A DNA stretch of 64,000 bases. Origin: Nitrososphaeraceae archaeon. Its GTDB lineage: Archaea > Thermoproteota > Nitrososphaeria > Nitrososphaerales > Nitrososphaeraceae. How positions within the stretch are numbered: position 1 is the first letter of the stretch; each line of letters opens with the position of its first letter. Shown piece after piece: positions 1 through 11,140 of the stretch. The stretch lies in the NCBI GenBank assembly GCA_035250975.1, contig DATFEP010000063.1, positions 1-64,000 of the forward strand, given 5' to 3'. The notes under the pieces are model-generated. The model made no database searches. It worked only from the letters and a program-made list of their open reading frames with translations, and was not told where the DNA came from. A program made the translations under genes and the position numbers.

Positions 1-1
1 T

Positions 2-148
2 AAAGAAGAGGATAAGCCTTTTGGAATGCCTCTCAGGGAAAAGAAATCTCATAATAAAATAGATCTTGGAGATATTATTCAGATAGCTGATGATTACTAT
101 ATTGTTGATACTGTTGGAGTAAGGAAAATAAAAATAATTAATAATTGA
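2..148 (+). CDS. 3' end of a hypothetical protein running in from the left edge
   Basis: Open frame KEEDKPFGMPLREKKSHNKIDLGDIIQIADDYYIVDTVGVRKIKIINN* read by hand, TGA at 146-148. Confidence 0.6.
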   Translation, partial: KEEDKPFGMPLREKKSHNKIDLGDIIQIADDYYIVDTVGVRKIKIINN

Positions 149-779
149 TATTATTAACTAGGTGATGGAATCTTTTAAATAGGTCTTCTATTATGTTAAG
201 GGGCATATTTAAAATATAGTCTAATCTAATTATAAATTTTCTATTAACAGGTCAATTATTGATAGAATACAAAATATTTCAAATCTACATTATCATTAAT
301 TAAGATTCACTAAATTTGAAATCTTTACATTACTAAGAATTTAATTAATAGATGTCATGGCTATATTAATTTAAGAAAATATACTTAGCTTCAAATGTTC
401 TAATTTCCCATATGTGTTGTTAAAATTTGTCAGAAACCGAACAGCTACCTTTATCGTTACATGTTCATTGTTTTTGTATTTTCATGTTTAGTCTGAGAAA
501 AACGTCTTGTGTATTGGAATCATTAGCACATGGAAAAATGAGTTGTAAGATCATATAATACTATTAAATGTAAAATTATGCATACAAAATAAAATAGTAT
601 ATTAGTAGTAAGAAGGATATCTATAATAATTATGACATGTATGATATATGCCTAAATGTCTTGGAATATTGATAATTATTATGGAACAGGAATTTATTGT
701 AATGTATTTAAACGATTATTGTTCTACTGTGATAATTATAGAAAAGCTATGATGATCTACAAATTTAAATTCTGATATA

Positions 780-1205
780 ATGCTTATAGTATTAGGGAGA
801 AAAAAATATAGAAAAATGTCTATACTTTCAAAAACTCTTAAATTACGAATTCCTTCCAGGATAGTTTACCGCGCTTTAAAGGATACACGGTTAGAAGTAC
901 TTTTTCCTGAATTTTTTATAGGTGTAGAAAGAAAAGTCATAACTGACATAATAAATAAAGAAATTAGCTTTAACACAATAACTGAAGGAAAACAGATTGA
1001 AATTATTGAAACATTCAAATTTAAAATTTCTAACAATAACGGAACAGTTGTCGAATATATTACTGAAACAACAAGCATAGAAGAGAACGATATAATATTA
1101 GAATCTATAGTACAGACACATGTGGCTAATATTTTATATTCACTTTTGATGCTTGAGACAGGATATATCAATGGAGTATTAGAAAAGAAAGAGAGAAAAA
1201 AATAG
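780..1205 (+). CDS. hypothetical protein (possibly SRPBCC/START-like; true start may be ATG 816)
   Basis: 141-aa ORF with normal composition; beta-rich core plus C-terminal helix pattern. Confidence 0.6.
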   Translation: MLIVLGRKKYRKMSILSKTLKLRIPSRIVYRALKDTRLEVLFPEFFIGVERKVITDIINKEISFNTITEGKQIEIIETFKFKISNNNGTVVEYITETTSIEENDIILESIVQTHVANILYSLLMLETGYINGVLEKKERKK

Positions 1206-1495
1206 ATAATTCAATATGAAAATGGAAAAGAAAAAAGGTAAAGATTACAAACTTTGATATGAAAAATATGATGTAAATCTTGAACCTGATTGGAGTTGGA
1301 GCGAATATTTTAAACCAATAACATACTAATTATTAGTTTTCAAACTTCATACGATCAATATGTTATTTTAAGACGGTTAAAAGCAGTTATGGATTATGAA
1401 ACAAAAAAGTTTGATTCTATAAATAGCTCCAAAATTCTAATACATAGAGAATATCTTTTTACATCATCGATAAAAATAATTTGTTTGTTTGATAA

Positions 1496-2428
1496 TTATT
1501 GACAGAATTTTCTTAGTTCTTTAACAAATTCAATAGTTTCATTTACATCATAATCCTTTTCTGCATTCACAGCAAGAATTACTCTGTCTACGCCAGATCT
1601 TTCGAGCACAGATAAATCAGAACCAATTTCATCAATTGTTCCTCCAGTCATAGGAGACCTATTACTTTTTTTTTCAGAGCTTGTTTTCATAAGATATGGA
1701 AATGTTAGAACAGTTAGATCAAGATCCCTTCTAGTTCTTGAACTTTTTTCAATAGAATCATTAAACATTTTAATTGAATTGTGAAAGTAATCAAAAGATC
1801 CTGCTAAGGTTCCTATATAGCCATCTCCATATTTTATCATACGTTCAAACGTCTTTGGCGAGAAACCCCCTAGCAAAATTTTAGGGTGAGGTTTTTGAAC
1901 AGGTTTTGGATCAATTATTGACTTCGGAATTTTGTAAAAGTCTCCATTAAATTCTACAATATCTTCTGTCCATACATTTTTCATAGCTTGGAGAATTTCG
2001 TTTGCTCTTTCTCCTCTTTTCTCATAAGGAATATTAGCGGCAAGATACTCATCTTTTGACCATCCAATACCAAAACCACAGATTGTCCTACCTTCAGATA
2101 AAATGTCTATTGTAGTAAATTCTTTAGCAAGTGTTACAGGATTATGAAAAGTCATGTCAATAATACAAGTTCCTAAATTTACCTTTGTTGTACTAGCTGC
2201 AATAAATGCTAATGTTGTTAATGGATCCAAATTATTCTTAAAAAATTCAGGCCATTCTCTTTTATCTGGAGTTCCCGGGTATGGTTGTTGAGGATTAATA
2301 GCATATAACATTCTATCATATACCCAAAGCGATTCAAATCCTTCTTGTTCTGCAATTTGAACAAATCTAGTTAGATTTTCTTTAGTAGCATTTATGCCAA
2401 ATTGAGGAACAGCTAATCCTACTTTCAT
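1496..2428 (-). CDS. LLM-class (luciferase-like) F420-dependent oxidoreductase
   Basis: AEQEGFESLWVYD, DPLTTLAFIAASTTKVNLGT, LAKEFTTIDILSEGR, PKPVQKPHPKILLGG motifs. Confidence 0.9.
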   Translation of the reverse strand: MKVGLAVPQFGINATKENLTRFVQIAEQEGFESLWVYDRMLYAINPQQPYPGTPDKREWPEFFKNNLDPLTTLAFIAASTTKVNLGTCIIDMTFHNPVTLAKEFTTIDILSEGRTICGFGIGWSKDEYLAANIPYEKRGERANEILQAMKNVWTEDIVEFNGDFYKIPKSIIDPKPVQKPHPKILLGGFSPKTFERMIKYGDGYIGTLAGSFDYFHNSIKMFNDSIEKSSRTRRDLDLTVLTFPYLMKTSSEKKSNRSPMTGGTIDEIGSDLSVLERSGVDRVILAVNAEKDYDVNETIEFVKELRKFCQ

Positions 2429-2493
2429 ATCTATTATTAATTTCTATACTATAAAGACATAATGAATGTAATCAATATTATTATCTATTTTTC

Positions 2494-3009
2494 TTAATTA
2501 GAATATTTCCAAATTATAGTCTTTTGAATATCAATTATAATGCAGATGTCTCCAATTCCTACCATTTTTTTATACTGAAGATATTTTTCTGACAATAGTG
2601 AATGAGCTTTTTCTACTGTATCTCTTTCTTTTAACCTATTTACTATTCTTGCTTTACCTTGTATCATCAAATAAGAAAGATTACTCCAGTCTTTATCGTC
2701 ATATGTATCAATTAGTAAAGAAACATTAGGATTTTTTTGTATATTTTTTACTCTTTTTAACTGGTTTGAATTTACCCTTTTAGGTTTGTCATCTATTGGA
2801 ATGAAGATATTATTACCATCAAATACAAATACCACGGGTATTAAGTAAGGTTGATTAATCTCAGGATCTACTGTTGCTAATCTGGCTATTTTTGAATTGT
2901 TCAAATTTTCTAATGTTTTTCTGTTTTGTATCAATCTATTGCTATAGAAAAGATCTATAAAAAATTTATAGTTATATTTTTCTATATGATCAAATCTTTT
3001 ATCTATCAC
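2494..3009 (-). CDS. PPOX-class (pyridoxamine 5'-phosphate oxidase-like) F420-dependent oxidoreductase, Rv0121-like
   Basis: ARLATVD..PYLIPVVF, IDDKPK, LKRVKNIQKNPNVSLLID.YDD.DWS.L motifs; real start probably about 25 codons downstream. Confidence 0.85.
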   Translation of the reverse strand: MIDKRFDHIEKYNYKFFIDLFYSNRLIQNRKTLENLNNSKIARLATVDPEINQPYLIPVVFVFDGNNIFIPIDDKPKRVNSNQLKRVKNIQKNPNVSLLIDTYDDKDWSNLSYLMIQGKARIVNRLKERDTVEKAHSLLSEKYLQYKKMVGIGDICIIIDIQKTIIWKYSN

Positions 3010-3185
3010 TTGAATAGAAAAATAAATTAATATGAAACGTAATAGATGTTATCTGTTTTATCCTATTGAATAGATTGATTCAATACTTCCAAATTGGTAC
3101 ATTAAATATGTGACCCGCATAATTTACTTTATAAAGGTTAAAAGGTGGCAGATAACTTAAAATGGGTTCAGTATAATATTATTCA

Positions 3186-3230
3186 GCTAAATGAGTGAGA
3201 TTTGAACCCTTCTATAAAGTGGGACCAGTT
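3186..3230 (+). repeat. Repeat type A, copy 1 (45 bp, tRNA-3'-end-like)
   Basis: gctaaatgagtgagatttgaacccttctataaagtgggaccagtt; 42/45 identical to 4940-4984, with a 32-bp exact core. Confidence 0.9.
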
Positions 3231-3462
3231 AATATTTTTTATTGCTTTGCTAATTTAATAGATTATCAATAATAGATCAATTATATCAAATTCTCAAGAT
3301 TAATCTGTTCTGAATTGTACCCTATCTAGTGCACTAGTTAAATAACTATCAAACAAGCAACATAACTGAACTCCTCTACATCTAGTAATATCACAAATAC
3401 TTAGGTCATTCAATCCAATTCTCCATATACAAATATACAATCTATGCAATTATTATCATTAA

Positions 3463-4653
3463 GTGGCTACATCAAAACAAATCTTAATTTTAGGAGCAGG
3501 TTTTGGAGGATTGGCATCAGCCAACTTATTACGAAAGAGTCTTCAAAAGGAAGAGTGTCAAATTACTGTCATTGACAAGAACCAGTATTTTATGATGGGC
3601 CTTGTGAACTTATGGATACTAAATGGAACTAGAAGATTGGAGAATTCCCAAGTTGCTCTGAAAAAACTAGAAGCTAAAGGAATTAAATTTTTGAATGATG
3701 AAATAATAATGATAGATCCATCTGAAAATAGCGTTACTACTAAAACCAACCATAATAAATTACAATACGATTATTTGATAATAGCACTAGGTGCAGAACT
3801 TGCCCCAAAACGAATCAATGGATTTGAAAATAATAATGGAAGTTGTTTTAACATATATGATGCTCAGCAAGTTCCAAGTCTGCGAGAAAAAATACTTTCT
3901 CTAACAAGTGGTCGTATAGTAATCTGTATAGCAGATATTCCATATAAATGCCCACCAGCACCTTATGAGGTGTCATTATTGATCAATGATATATTGATTA
4001 AAAATAAAACAAGAGATTCCGTTGATTTGAATATATACGTACCAACACCAATTTCATTACCTGTAGCTGGAGCAAATATGAGTCAAGACGTTGTCAACTT
4101 GCTTAATGATAACCACATCAATTTCTATCCTCTACATAAAATAAAAAAAGTATTAGATAAAAAAACAATAGAATTTGAAAATGGCAGCAAGACAAGCTAT
4201 GACGTATTAGTACTAATTCCTCATCATCAAGTTCCTCAAATCATCAAGAATTCTGATCTGTTAGGAGATGGTGATCAACATTGGATCAATGTTGACAAAT
4301 TTACCCTTAGAACAAAACACAAGAATGTCTTTGCAATAGGCGACGTAACCGAGATTAGACTTGATAAAACCACAACCATCCCCAAAGCTGGAATATTTGC
4401 AGAAGGCGAAGCAAAGGTAGTCAGCCGGCAAATTATCAATGAAATTAAAAATAACAATAGCAATAAAGCACTTACAAAGTTTGATGGAAAAGGGTTTTGC
4501 TTTATGGAAATAGGAGATAAAAAAGCTGGATACATCTATGCAGACTTCTATAATGAAAGGGGTCCTACTACTAGGCTTGATCCACCGTCAGACGAGTTCT
4601 ATCAAAAGAAACTTGATTTTGAAAGAAGCAGATTAAACGAATGGTTGATGTGA
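3463..4653 (+). CDS. FAD-dependent oxidoreductase, sulfide:quinone oxidoreductase / flavocytochrome c sulfide dehydrogenase family
   Basis: ILILGAGFGG dinucleotide fold, YKCPPAPYE, NVFAIGDV, PKAG and GFCFME (second conserved Cys). Confidence 0.85.
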   Translation: MATSKQILILGAGFGGLASANLLRKSLQKEECQITVIDKNQYFMMGLVNLWILNGTRRLENSQVALKKLEAKGIKFLNDEIIMIDPSENSVTTKTNHNKLQYDYLIIALGAELAPKRINGFENNNGSCFNIYDAQQVPSLREKILSLTSGRIVICIADIPYKCPPAPYEVSLLINDILIKNKTRDSVDLNIYVPTPISLPVAGANMSQDVVNLLNDNHINFYPLHKIKKVLDKKTIEFENGSKTSYDVLVLIPHHQVPQIIKNSDLLGDGDQHWINVDKFTLRTKHKNVFAIGDVTEIRLDKTTTIPKAGIFAEGEAKVVSRQIINEIKNNNSNKALTKFDGKGFCFMEIGDKKAGYIYADFYNERGPTTRLDPPSDEFYQKKLDFERSRLNEWLM

Positions 4654-4939
4654 TAATAATATGAACTTATTTAGTCCTAACACCTTCTTTTTTTTAAGTT
4701 CTGCGATTTAATCAATAAATGCTTGCTTTTCAAAATTGGAAAGAGAATAAAAATTTTTTCTTACTGTTATACTACTCATTTCTATCACCTTTTTTTAAAG
4801 TTTCTTCTAATAGGTTTTTCTTTTGTAATAAATACATATATTCTTACTAAACTGTTAGGTTATTTATGTTAGCAAATTATTTCAATTCTATAGAGCAAAT
4901 GAGACCAGTAAAAGATACAACAGTTCAGTACTATTTTTC

Positions 4940-4984
4940 GCTAAATATGTGGGATTTGAACCCTTCTATAAAGTGGGACCAGTT
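4940..4984 (+). repeat. Repeat type A, copy 2 (direct repeat closing the SQR-like gene interval)
   Basis: gctaaatatgtgggatttgaacccttctataaagtgggaccagtt. Confidence 0.9.
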
Positions 4985-5064
4985 GATTTAGGATATACTG
5001 ACATACTGCTTAGTCATTTAGTACCATTTTTCTAACATATCAAATATTAATCAATGAAATCAAT

Positions 5065-5286
5065 CTATGTATTTTCACAATCTGAATTTATAATATCTTC
5101 TTTAGAATTGAAATCCAACACTATATCGATTCCCTCGTTACAGTCAAAAAAATATTTGCCAGAACCACCTTTGAATATGTCATTTCCAGAACCGCCCAAT
5201 AAAAAAACTGGCTTCGTATTCGTATTTTGTAACACATTAGAGGAATCTTGTACTTTATTGAAAAGTTTTAATGATGGTAATGAAAT
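5065..5286 (-). pseudogene. C-terminal remnant of a hemolysin-type (RTX) Ca-binding repeat protein
   Basis: Minus frame reads LLGGSGNDIFKGGSGKYFFDCNEGIDIVLDFNSKEDIINSDCENT*; no start codon after an upstream TAG. Confidence 0.65.
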
Positions 5287-5567
5287 CTAATCATCCAAGA
5301 TTTCAAGTAACCATAGTTCAATGTGGCCCGTGGTTTCCGTTGTGATATCGATTCTAGAAATGGACTCACAGTATTAAATAAAAAGTAAATAATTAAATGT
5401 TACGTATTAGAACTTATTTGTTTAAAATTTATAAAAGCAGTGCTTTGATTTTGCATATATAGATTATTATTAGTATCTTTGTAATTCTGGTTTTACATAC
5501 TGAAAAAAAAAAATAGTGAAAAATATTTTAATGGGTTAAAGATAGTTTATTAAAGATATGGTCAAAA

Positions 5568-6401
5568 ATGGATATTGATGTTATTTATATTATGTTTTTA
5601 TTCGTTATTGGCTTTATCATTAGTTTTATTGGTGGAATGGTTGGATTAGTTCTTGGAGTAATAAGATTACCCTTTATTTTATCTACTGGTCTTAGCGTGA
5701 CTGAGTCTGTTGGTACGAATATCGGTGTGAGTACTTTAGGTGCAATTACAGCAGCAATACAACATATAAAAAATAGGAATATCTCATTTACAATTTTTAT
5801 AGTGATGGCAGTAACAGGTGCTGCTGGTGCATTTTGTGGTGCATTACTAACCAAATACGTAGAAATAAATTATTTTTTGATCTTGATAGCATTGATTATA
5901 TCTTATGAATCATTTACTTTGTTAAAAGAAAACAAGAGAAGAAACAATGATAATAATCGAAAAGCAACACAAAGTATATCTAACTTAAATCAAAACCCAA
6001 TTAAGCAAAACAAATATTATGATATTTTTCTCCAATCAATAATAAGTTTTTTCGTAGGGATACTCGGAGGACTAGTAGGTCTAGTTCTGGGTAGTATCAG
6101 ACTTCCAGCATTAATAAAGATCTTGAAAACTGAACCAAAGGTAGCAGTTGGTACCAATATGCTTATTTCTTCGGTAATGGGGATGTCAGGATTTATTGGA
6201 CATTTTATTAGTAATGAGATAAATTTGCTTTATTTAATTATTTTAGGACCTTCTTCTATGATCGGTGGATTTCTGGGTGCTAAATATACAAATAATCTTA
6301 GTTCTGACTATCTAAAAAAATTAATAGGAATAGTTTTAGCAATAGTGGCACTAACTATATTTTTCTCGATTTTTATGGGATTCAATATATTGTATTCCTA
6401 A
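5568..6401 (+). CDS. TauE/SafE (TSUP) family sulfite/sulfur-compound exporter
   Basis: Two-fold repeated G..GG.VGLVLG..R.P and (S/A)VGTN motifs; about 8 hydrophobic segments. Confidence 0.85.
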   Translation: MDIDVIYIMFLFVIGFIISFIGGMVGLVLGVIRLPFILSTGLSVTESVGTNIGVSTLGAITAAIQHIKNRNISFTIFIVMAVTGAAGAFCGALLTKYVEINYFLILIALIISYESFTLLKENKRRNNDNNRKATQSISNLNQNPIKQNKYYDIFLQSIISFFVGILGGLVGLVLGSIRLPALIKILKTEPKVAVGTNMLISSVMGMSGFIGHFISNEINLLYLIILGPSSMIGGFLGAKYTNNLSSDYLKKLIGIVLAIVALTIFFSIFMGFNILYS

Positions 6402-6680
6402 CAGATATCGTTCTTAATTATTTAATCTAGGTATATTTCTATTGGAGGTTTTTTGTGATATTTGCAAAGCAAATATATGTCACATGTAGAGATGAAAATT
6501 ATTTCTTCTAAAAACTTTAGCTTTTTTTACTATAACTTCAGACAATTCTACAGTTTGTGGCTTATTTTTACAATGCCAATTATCTTCATAATATTATTTA
6601 TCTCTTTGCAGTCTTATAATTTATCTGCGTTGAAATAAATACGTAAGTTATTATCAATCTATGCCAAGAATATAAGTTAT

Positions 6681-7100
6681 TTATGTCCATTCTTCCAATT
6701 CTTGTATGAATTTACCTGTTACTTCATATGTTTTAGCACATAAATCAATTGCGTATGGTATTGGTGAGTTAGACGTATCAACTGCATTCCATTCGACTGT
6801 AATTCCACTTACTTTTAAATCCAGAGATAGTTCAAGTTTGATTATAGATTCGATATCAGACCATGTTTGGTTATACATTTCTCTTGTTTGTCCAAGTGAT
6901 GCACTGTTTACAAATGTAACACATTGTAGTAATTTCATTTCTACACTAATTAGATCCTCAGATGCCTTTTCTACAGTTTCAGCTAAATTTTTTGGATAGT
7001 TTCCATATTGAAAATTAAGATCTTTTTGCGCATATATATTTGAGGAAACCATAAAGCTTACTAACAATCCACTTGCGATCAGTATGAAAAATTCCTTCAC
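6681..7100 (-). CDS. hypothetical secreted protein
   Basis: Signal-peptide-like N-terminus ending IYA-Q; 139 aa. Confidence 0.6.
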   Translation of the reverse strand: MKEFFILIASGLLVSFMVSSNIYAQKDLNFQYGNYPKNLAETVEKASEDLISVEMKLLQCVTFVNSASLGQTREMYNQTWSDIESIIKLELSLDLKVSGITVEWNAVDTSNSPIPYAIDLCAKTYEVTGKFIQELEEWT

Positions 7101-7486
7101 TCGCTACTTTATAAAGAGGTTAGCTAATAAGGTTTATCTATTGTTTATCTTGAATTAAGTCGTTTTTTTGCTACAAAAATGTTTCTGTTTCTTCTTTATT
7201 TAAATAAATTATGTTCACCGAGTACTTTCTTGGTCAAATATGTCACCATTTGCTAAAATCCCCCTATAATATCTCCGTAATATACATATGTAATACATCA
7301 AACAATCTTGATACTGAAAAACCGATCAGTCAAGACCTCGTTTATTATCCATTCTGATCTTTTCTATTATAACAATGCCCAAACGGATGCACGCACCCAT
7401 TGGACATATCCAAAACTATCCTTGAAGATATTCTGGATAAAACAATATGGACAACATTATTTATAGTCATTAATAAATCCTAAATT

Positions 7487-7729
7487 ATGACGAAAGAAGA
7501 AGATAAGAAAGAATTTGTTGTTGTAAGAATAAACGATAGTAGTGAAGGAATAGATCTTGAAATTCTGCCTAGATTTTTTGATAATTTTGCTACAAAATAT
7601 ATTTCTGGTACTGGACTTGGCTTGTATCTCACAAAAAGTATCGTTGAAGCTCATGGTGGAAGAATATGACGCATGAATGATAAAGACGGAAAAGGTGCAG
7701 AATTTGGATTGACTTTACCAATATTATAA
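7487..7729 (+). pseudogene. Histidine kinase HATPase_c remnant
   Basis: IND..EGID..ILPRFF..FATK..SGTGLGLY.TKSIVEAHGGRI, in-frame TGA at 7667 (likely from TGG), then RMNDKDGKGAEFGLTLPIL*; N-terminal part missing. Confidence 0.85.
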
Positions 7730-7965
7730 TTTCTAATTCAAAATTGCATATCATCTTATTATATAGATGGAATATAGAACTTACAAAGTTCCCCTAATAA
7801 AATGATTGTTTATATAAAATATATAGAATTAAATTTTTTATTTAGAAGTTACTATAATTATAGGGAAACTTAATGACAACTTTTTGAAAAATCTTACAAT
7901 AAAAAGATTCTGATTATTGTTAGAATATGAAAATCTAGAATAAATATACAGAACATATAATTGGA

Positions 7966-8793
7966 TTGAATAAATATAACTCATCAATATCATATTACCG
8001 TATGCAACATTGTATAAAGATACTTTTACCTAAATTTTTTTTATTTCTTATTTCTGTTTTTATTATAAACAAGAATGTTATCAAAGAAAGAATTAATTCG
8101 AAAATACATTCAAATACCTCGAATTACAGGGTAAATAAGATAATTATTAACTTTAAACCTTACATTTTAGTAACTCTATTATTTTTTATTCTTTTCACCA
8201 CAATGATGATATCAAACATCGATACGGCTTTTGCAAAAAAAGATTCAAAAAGAAAAACGATTGACATCTGTTGTAGTTGGGGGAATTCAATAAGAGATGG
8301 AGTATTAACATTTTCTATCAAGAATGGTGGATCGGACTTGGCTAAAATTGTAAAAGTAGCTATTAAAGATTGGGAGAAAGCATTAGGGGATTCAGTACAA
8401 TTCAAAAATGTAAAGGAGGATGACTCTGACGCAGATATTGAAATTGAATTCAAAAAGGGAAAAGGGGAAAAAGTCGGAAAAGCTGTAACATTCTTTGATC
8501 ATAATGGAAAAATTGATCATGTGGAAATTTCAATCTCTAAAAAATCATATGGCCGTACCTTAGATCAACATCTATTAGAGCATGTTGCAAAACATGAGTT
8601 TGGTCATGCTCTTGGTTTAGGTCACGCAAATTTCAAAGAATCTCTTATGTCTGTCCATGTAAATGAAGTTGTAACAAAAATATCTGCATGTGAATTGGAA
8701 TCTGTCAAATTTGTTAATAATTGGAAATCTACTGATGATTATAAATCTTCCAGTACTCTAGATAAAGATAGTTTTAGATGCAAGAATAAATAA
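7966..8793 (+). CDS. Matrixin/metzincin family secreted zinc metalloprotease
   Basis: HEFGHALGLGH zinc motif plus SLM Met-turn; hydrophobic signal/TM segment; start probably downstream of 7966. Confidence 0.85.
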   Translation: MNKYNSSISYYRMQHCIKILLPKFFLFLISVFIINKNVIKERINSKIHSNTSNYRVNKIIINFKPYILVTLLFFILFTTMMISNIDTAFAKKDSKRKTIDICCSWGNSIRDGVLTFSIKNGGSDLAKIVKVAIKDWEKALGDSVQFKNVKEDDSDADIEIEFKKGKGEKVGKAVTFFDHNGKIDHVEISISKKSYGRTLDQHLLEHVAKHEFGHALGLGHANFKESLMSVHVNEVVTKISACELESVKFVNNWKSTDDYKSSSTLDKDSFRCKNK

Positions 8794-9051
8794 GTTGTGA
8801 AAAAATATCTTTTTGAGAATAATCAAATACATTTTACTTTGTCTTTTATCCTTTCTACCAATATATTTTATTTTTTTTATTTGAGTAATCGTATTTCATA
8901 TCATTTACATCAATACATTAATTATAAAAATAATTGTATACTTTTTATCTGTTTCACCATTCTTAAGAAAGAAATTTTCATATTGATAAATAGTTACGTT
9001 ACTACAATCTAAGTGTATTTGAGAAAGTATTATCATAATTTATAGATTGTG

Positions 9052-10212
9052 CTAACTACCTTGGTTACAATTGTAGTTTGCCCTAAAGTGTGATTTTCCG
9101 CTATCTGTAACATAAATATAGCCTTTAGAGTCGATCGCGATGTCATGAGGAATTAGAAATTGGTCATCCTTACATCCAAGTGATCCCCACATAGTTAGGA
9201 AGTTACCATTGCTGTCAAATTTTTGAACTCTGACATTTCGTGTATCCACTACATAGACATTTCCTTCCAAATCAACAACAATACCATGATTTTCGATAAA
9301 TTGACCTTTGCCTTTCCCTTCACTTCCCCACATTTTTATAAATTTACCATTACCGTCGAAAACTGATACTCTAGAATTTTCTCTACCATCAGTAACATAA
9401 ACATTATCTTTAGAGTCTACTGTTATATCGTGTAGGTGTACAAATTGACCCTTCTTTTTACCCTCTTTTCCCCACATGTCTATAAATTTACCATTGCTGT
9501 CAAATTTTTGTACTCTGGGAAGTGTTTGATCCGCAACATAAACATTACCACCTGAATCTACCGCGACACCCCAGGGTTTTTTAAATTCACCTTTCTTTTT
9601 ACCTTCTTGTCCCCACATGTTTATGAATTTACCTTCACTATCAAATTTTTGAATATTTTGATCTGAATATTCAGCAACATATATGTTATTCATGGAATCT
9701 ACATCCATACTTTCAGGTTGCAGGAATTTACCCGGACCTATTCCTTTCGTACCCCATTTGCTTATAAATATTCCACTGGCATCAAATTTCTGAATGTTAC
9801 AGTTCTCTGCATCGCTAACATATACATTATCTTCCGAATCGATGGTTATACCATGAGCATGGAGAAACTGGCCGTCCTTAGATCCTACAGTACCCCAACT
9901 ATCTATTAAATTTCCATCTTGATCAAATTTTTTTATAAAGTGAAAATTAGAAAAATAGGAATCAGAACCTGCATCATTATTGGAATACAAAACAGATTCA
10001 ATTTGGTTATTGATACAATTCTCTTTAATTGTATCTTCAGAATTTGTAATAGCTGTTGTTTGAGAATTCGTCGGATTTTGTTTTGAATAGAAATAATCAT
10101 TCGGGTTAACTTGAAATTCCTGTGCATATATTAAGGATTTGAAATCTATCAGAAAAAAATATGAAATCATCAAACTAAATGTAATACAGAGTAAGTTGAG
10201 TGTATTCTTCAC
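9052..10212 (-). CDS. Secreted NHL-repeat six-bladed beta-propeller protein
   Basis: Six repeats of WG..G...GQF..P.GI.VDS.GNVYV.D..N..VQKFDS.G; signal peptide. Confidence 0.9.
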   Translation of the reverse strand: MKNTLNLLCITFSLMISYFFLIDFKSLIYAQEFQVNPNDYFYSKQNPTNSQTTAITNSEDTIKENCINNQIESVLYSNNDAGSDSYFSNFHFIKKFDQDGNLIDSWGTVGSKDGQFLHAHGITIDSEDNVYVSDAENCNIQKFDASGIFISKWGTKGIGPGKFLQPESMDVDSMNNIYVAEYSDQNIQKFDSEGKFINMWGQEGKKKGEFKKPWGVAVDSGGNVYVADQTLPRVQKFDSNGKFIDMWGKEGKKKGQFVHLHDITVDSKDNVYVTDGRENSRVSVFDGNGKFIKMWGSEGKGKGQFIENHGIVVDLEGNVYVVDTRNVRVQKFDSNGNFLTMWGSLGCKDDQFLIPHDIAIDSKGYIYVTDSGKSHFRANYNCNQGS

Positions 10213-10643
10213 AATCTTAAATAGCTCTGTATATATTTATTAAGATTGTATAGGAAAATTATGGTCCATTTCTCTAGTACAACAATCGAACAAATACAAA
10301 AAATTAACATTAACTAATCTATTCAAATTATGACTAAATATAGTAACAATTAATAGGTGATAATAACTTGCAATAAATCAATAATACAGAACTGATAAAT
10401 AAAGTAATTAAAATTTGATTTAACAAAATATTATAGAAATATACTGAACATTCCATTTCAGCTTTGATAATATTTTTATGTTGTAATGGTTTTATTTGAC
10501 AAAATAATAAATCTATGATTTTGGTAATGTCTTATATGGGGTGTTAAACAAATTTTTTTCTATGATTAATAACCACGGTATATTTTCGACATTTTTACTC
10601 GGTTTTGTTTTTTCAATAGAATAAATTGAGAAAGGGACCGAAG

Positions 10644-10678
10644 TTTATGTCAAATTTGTTTCACAAACCACTGGCCCG
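10644..10678 (+). repeat. Repeat type B, copy 1
   Basis: tttatgtcaaatttgtttcacaaaccactggcccg, followed by tctataagtgggttca, which resembles the type A core. Confidence 0.8.
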
Positions 10679-11140
10679 AATCTATAAGTGGGTTCATATA
10701 CTTGAATTGGATATTAGATGTTGAAAGAACAAGAGGAGGAAAATAGAATAAATGCTATTTCTAGATGATCGAATAATTTAATTTCAAATAAACGGGTCCA
10801 GTCATACGAGAAGAAGATTGACTAATTATCATCTCTTTTTTTAGTTAAAATTAAATATTTTAATTTGTCATAACAATTTAAAACTAATATTAATTTTCAA
10901 TTATGTGTCTTAGTCTTGGCTAGCCATTTACCTCTACAAGTGTTGCCAATTCTCCAAACGCTCCTGCAGTTCCCTTTTATAAAGGTTCAATATCCTGTTT
11001 AGATAGTGATTTTATCTTTCTCTTCTTTTTAATCAATTTATTACACAACACGTATAAAAAAAGAATAATACATTCATCAATTATATTTTAATAGATTCTA
11101 CTTTCGAATCTTAAATTAATTTTATAAGTATTATCTTTTC

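Noticed and set aside
3186-4984. Complete tRNA genes at the type A repeats
   Set aside because: Only T-arm-like and acceptor-like pieces are present; no D-arm or anticodon arm can be folded
5054-5290. Plus-strand 78-aa ORF
   Set aside because: It is the antisense shadow of the RTX-like remnant on the minus strand
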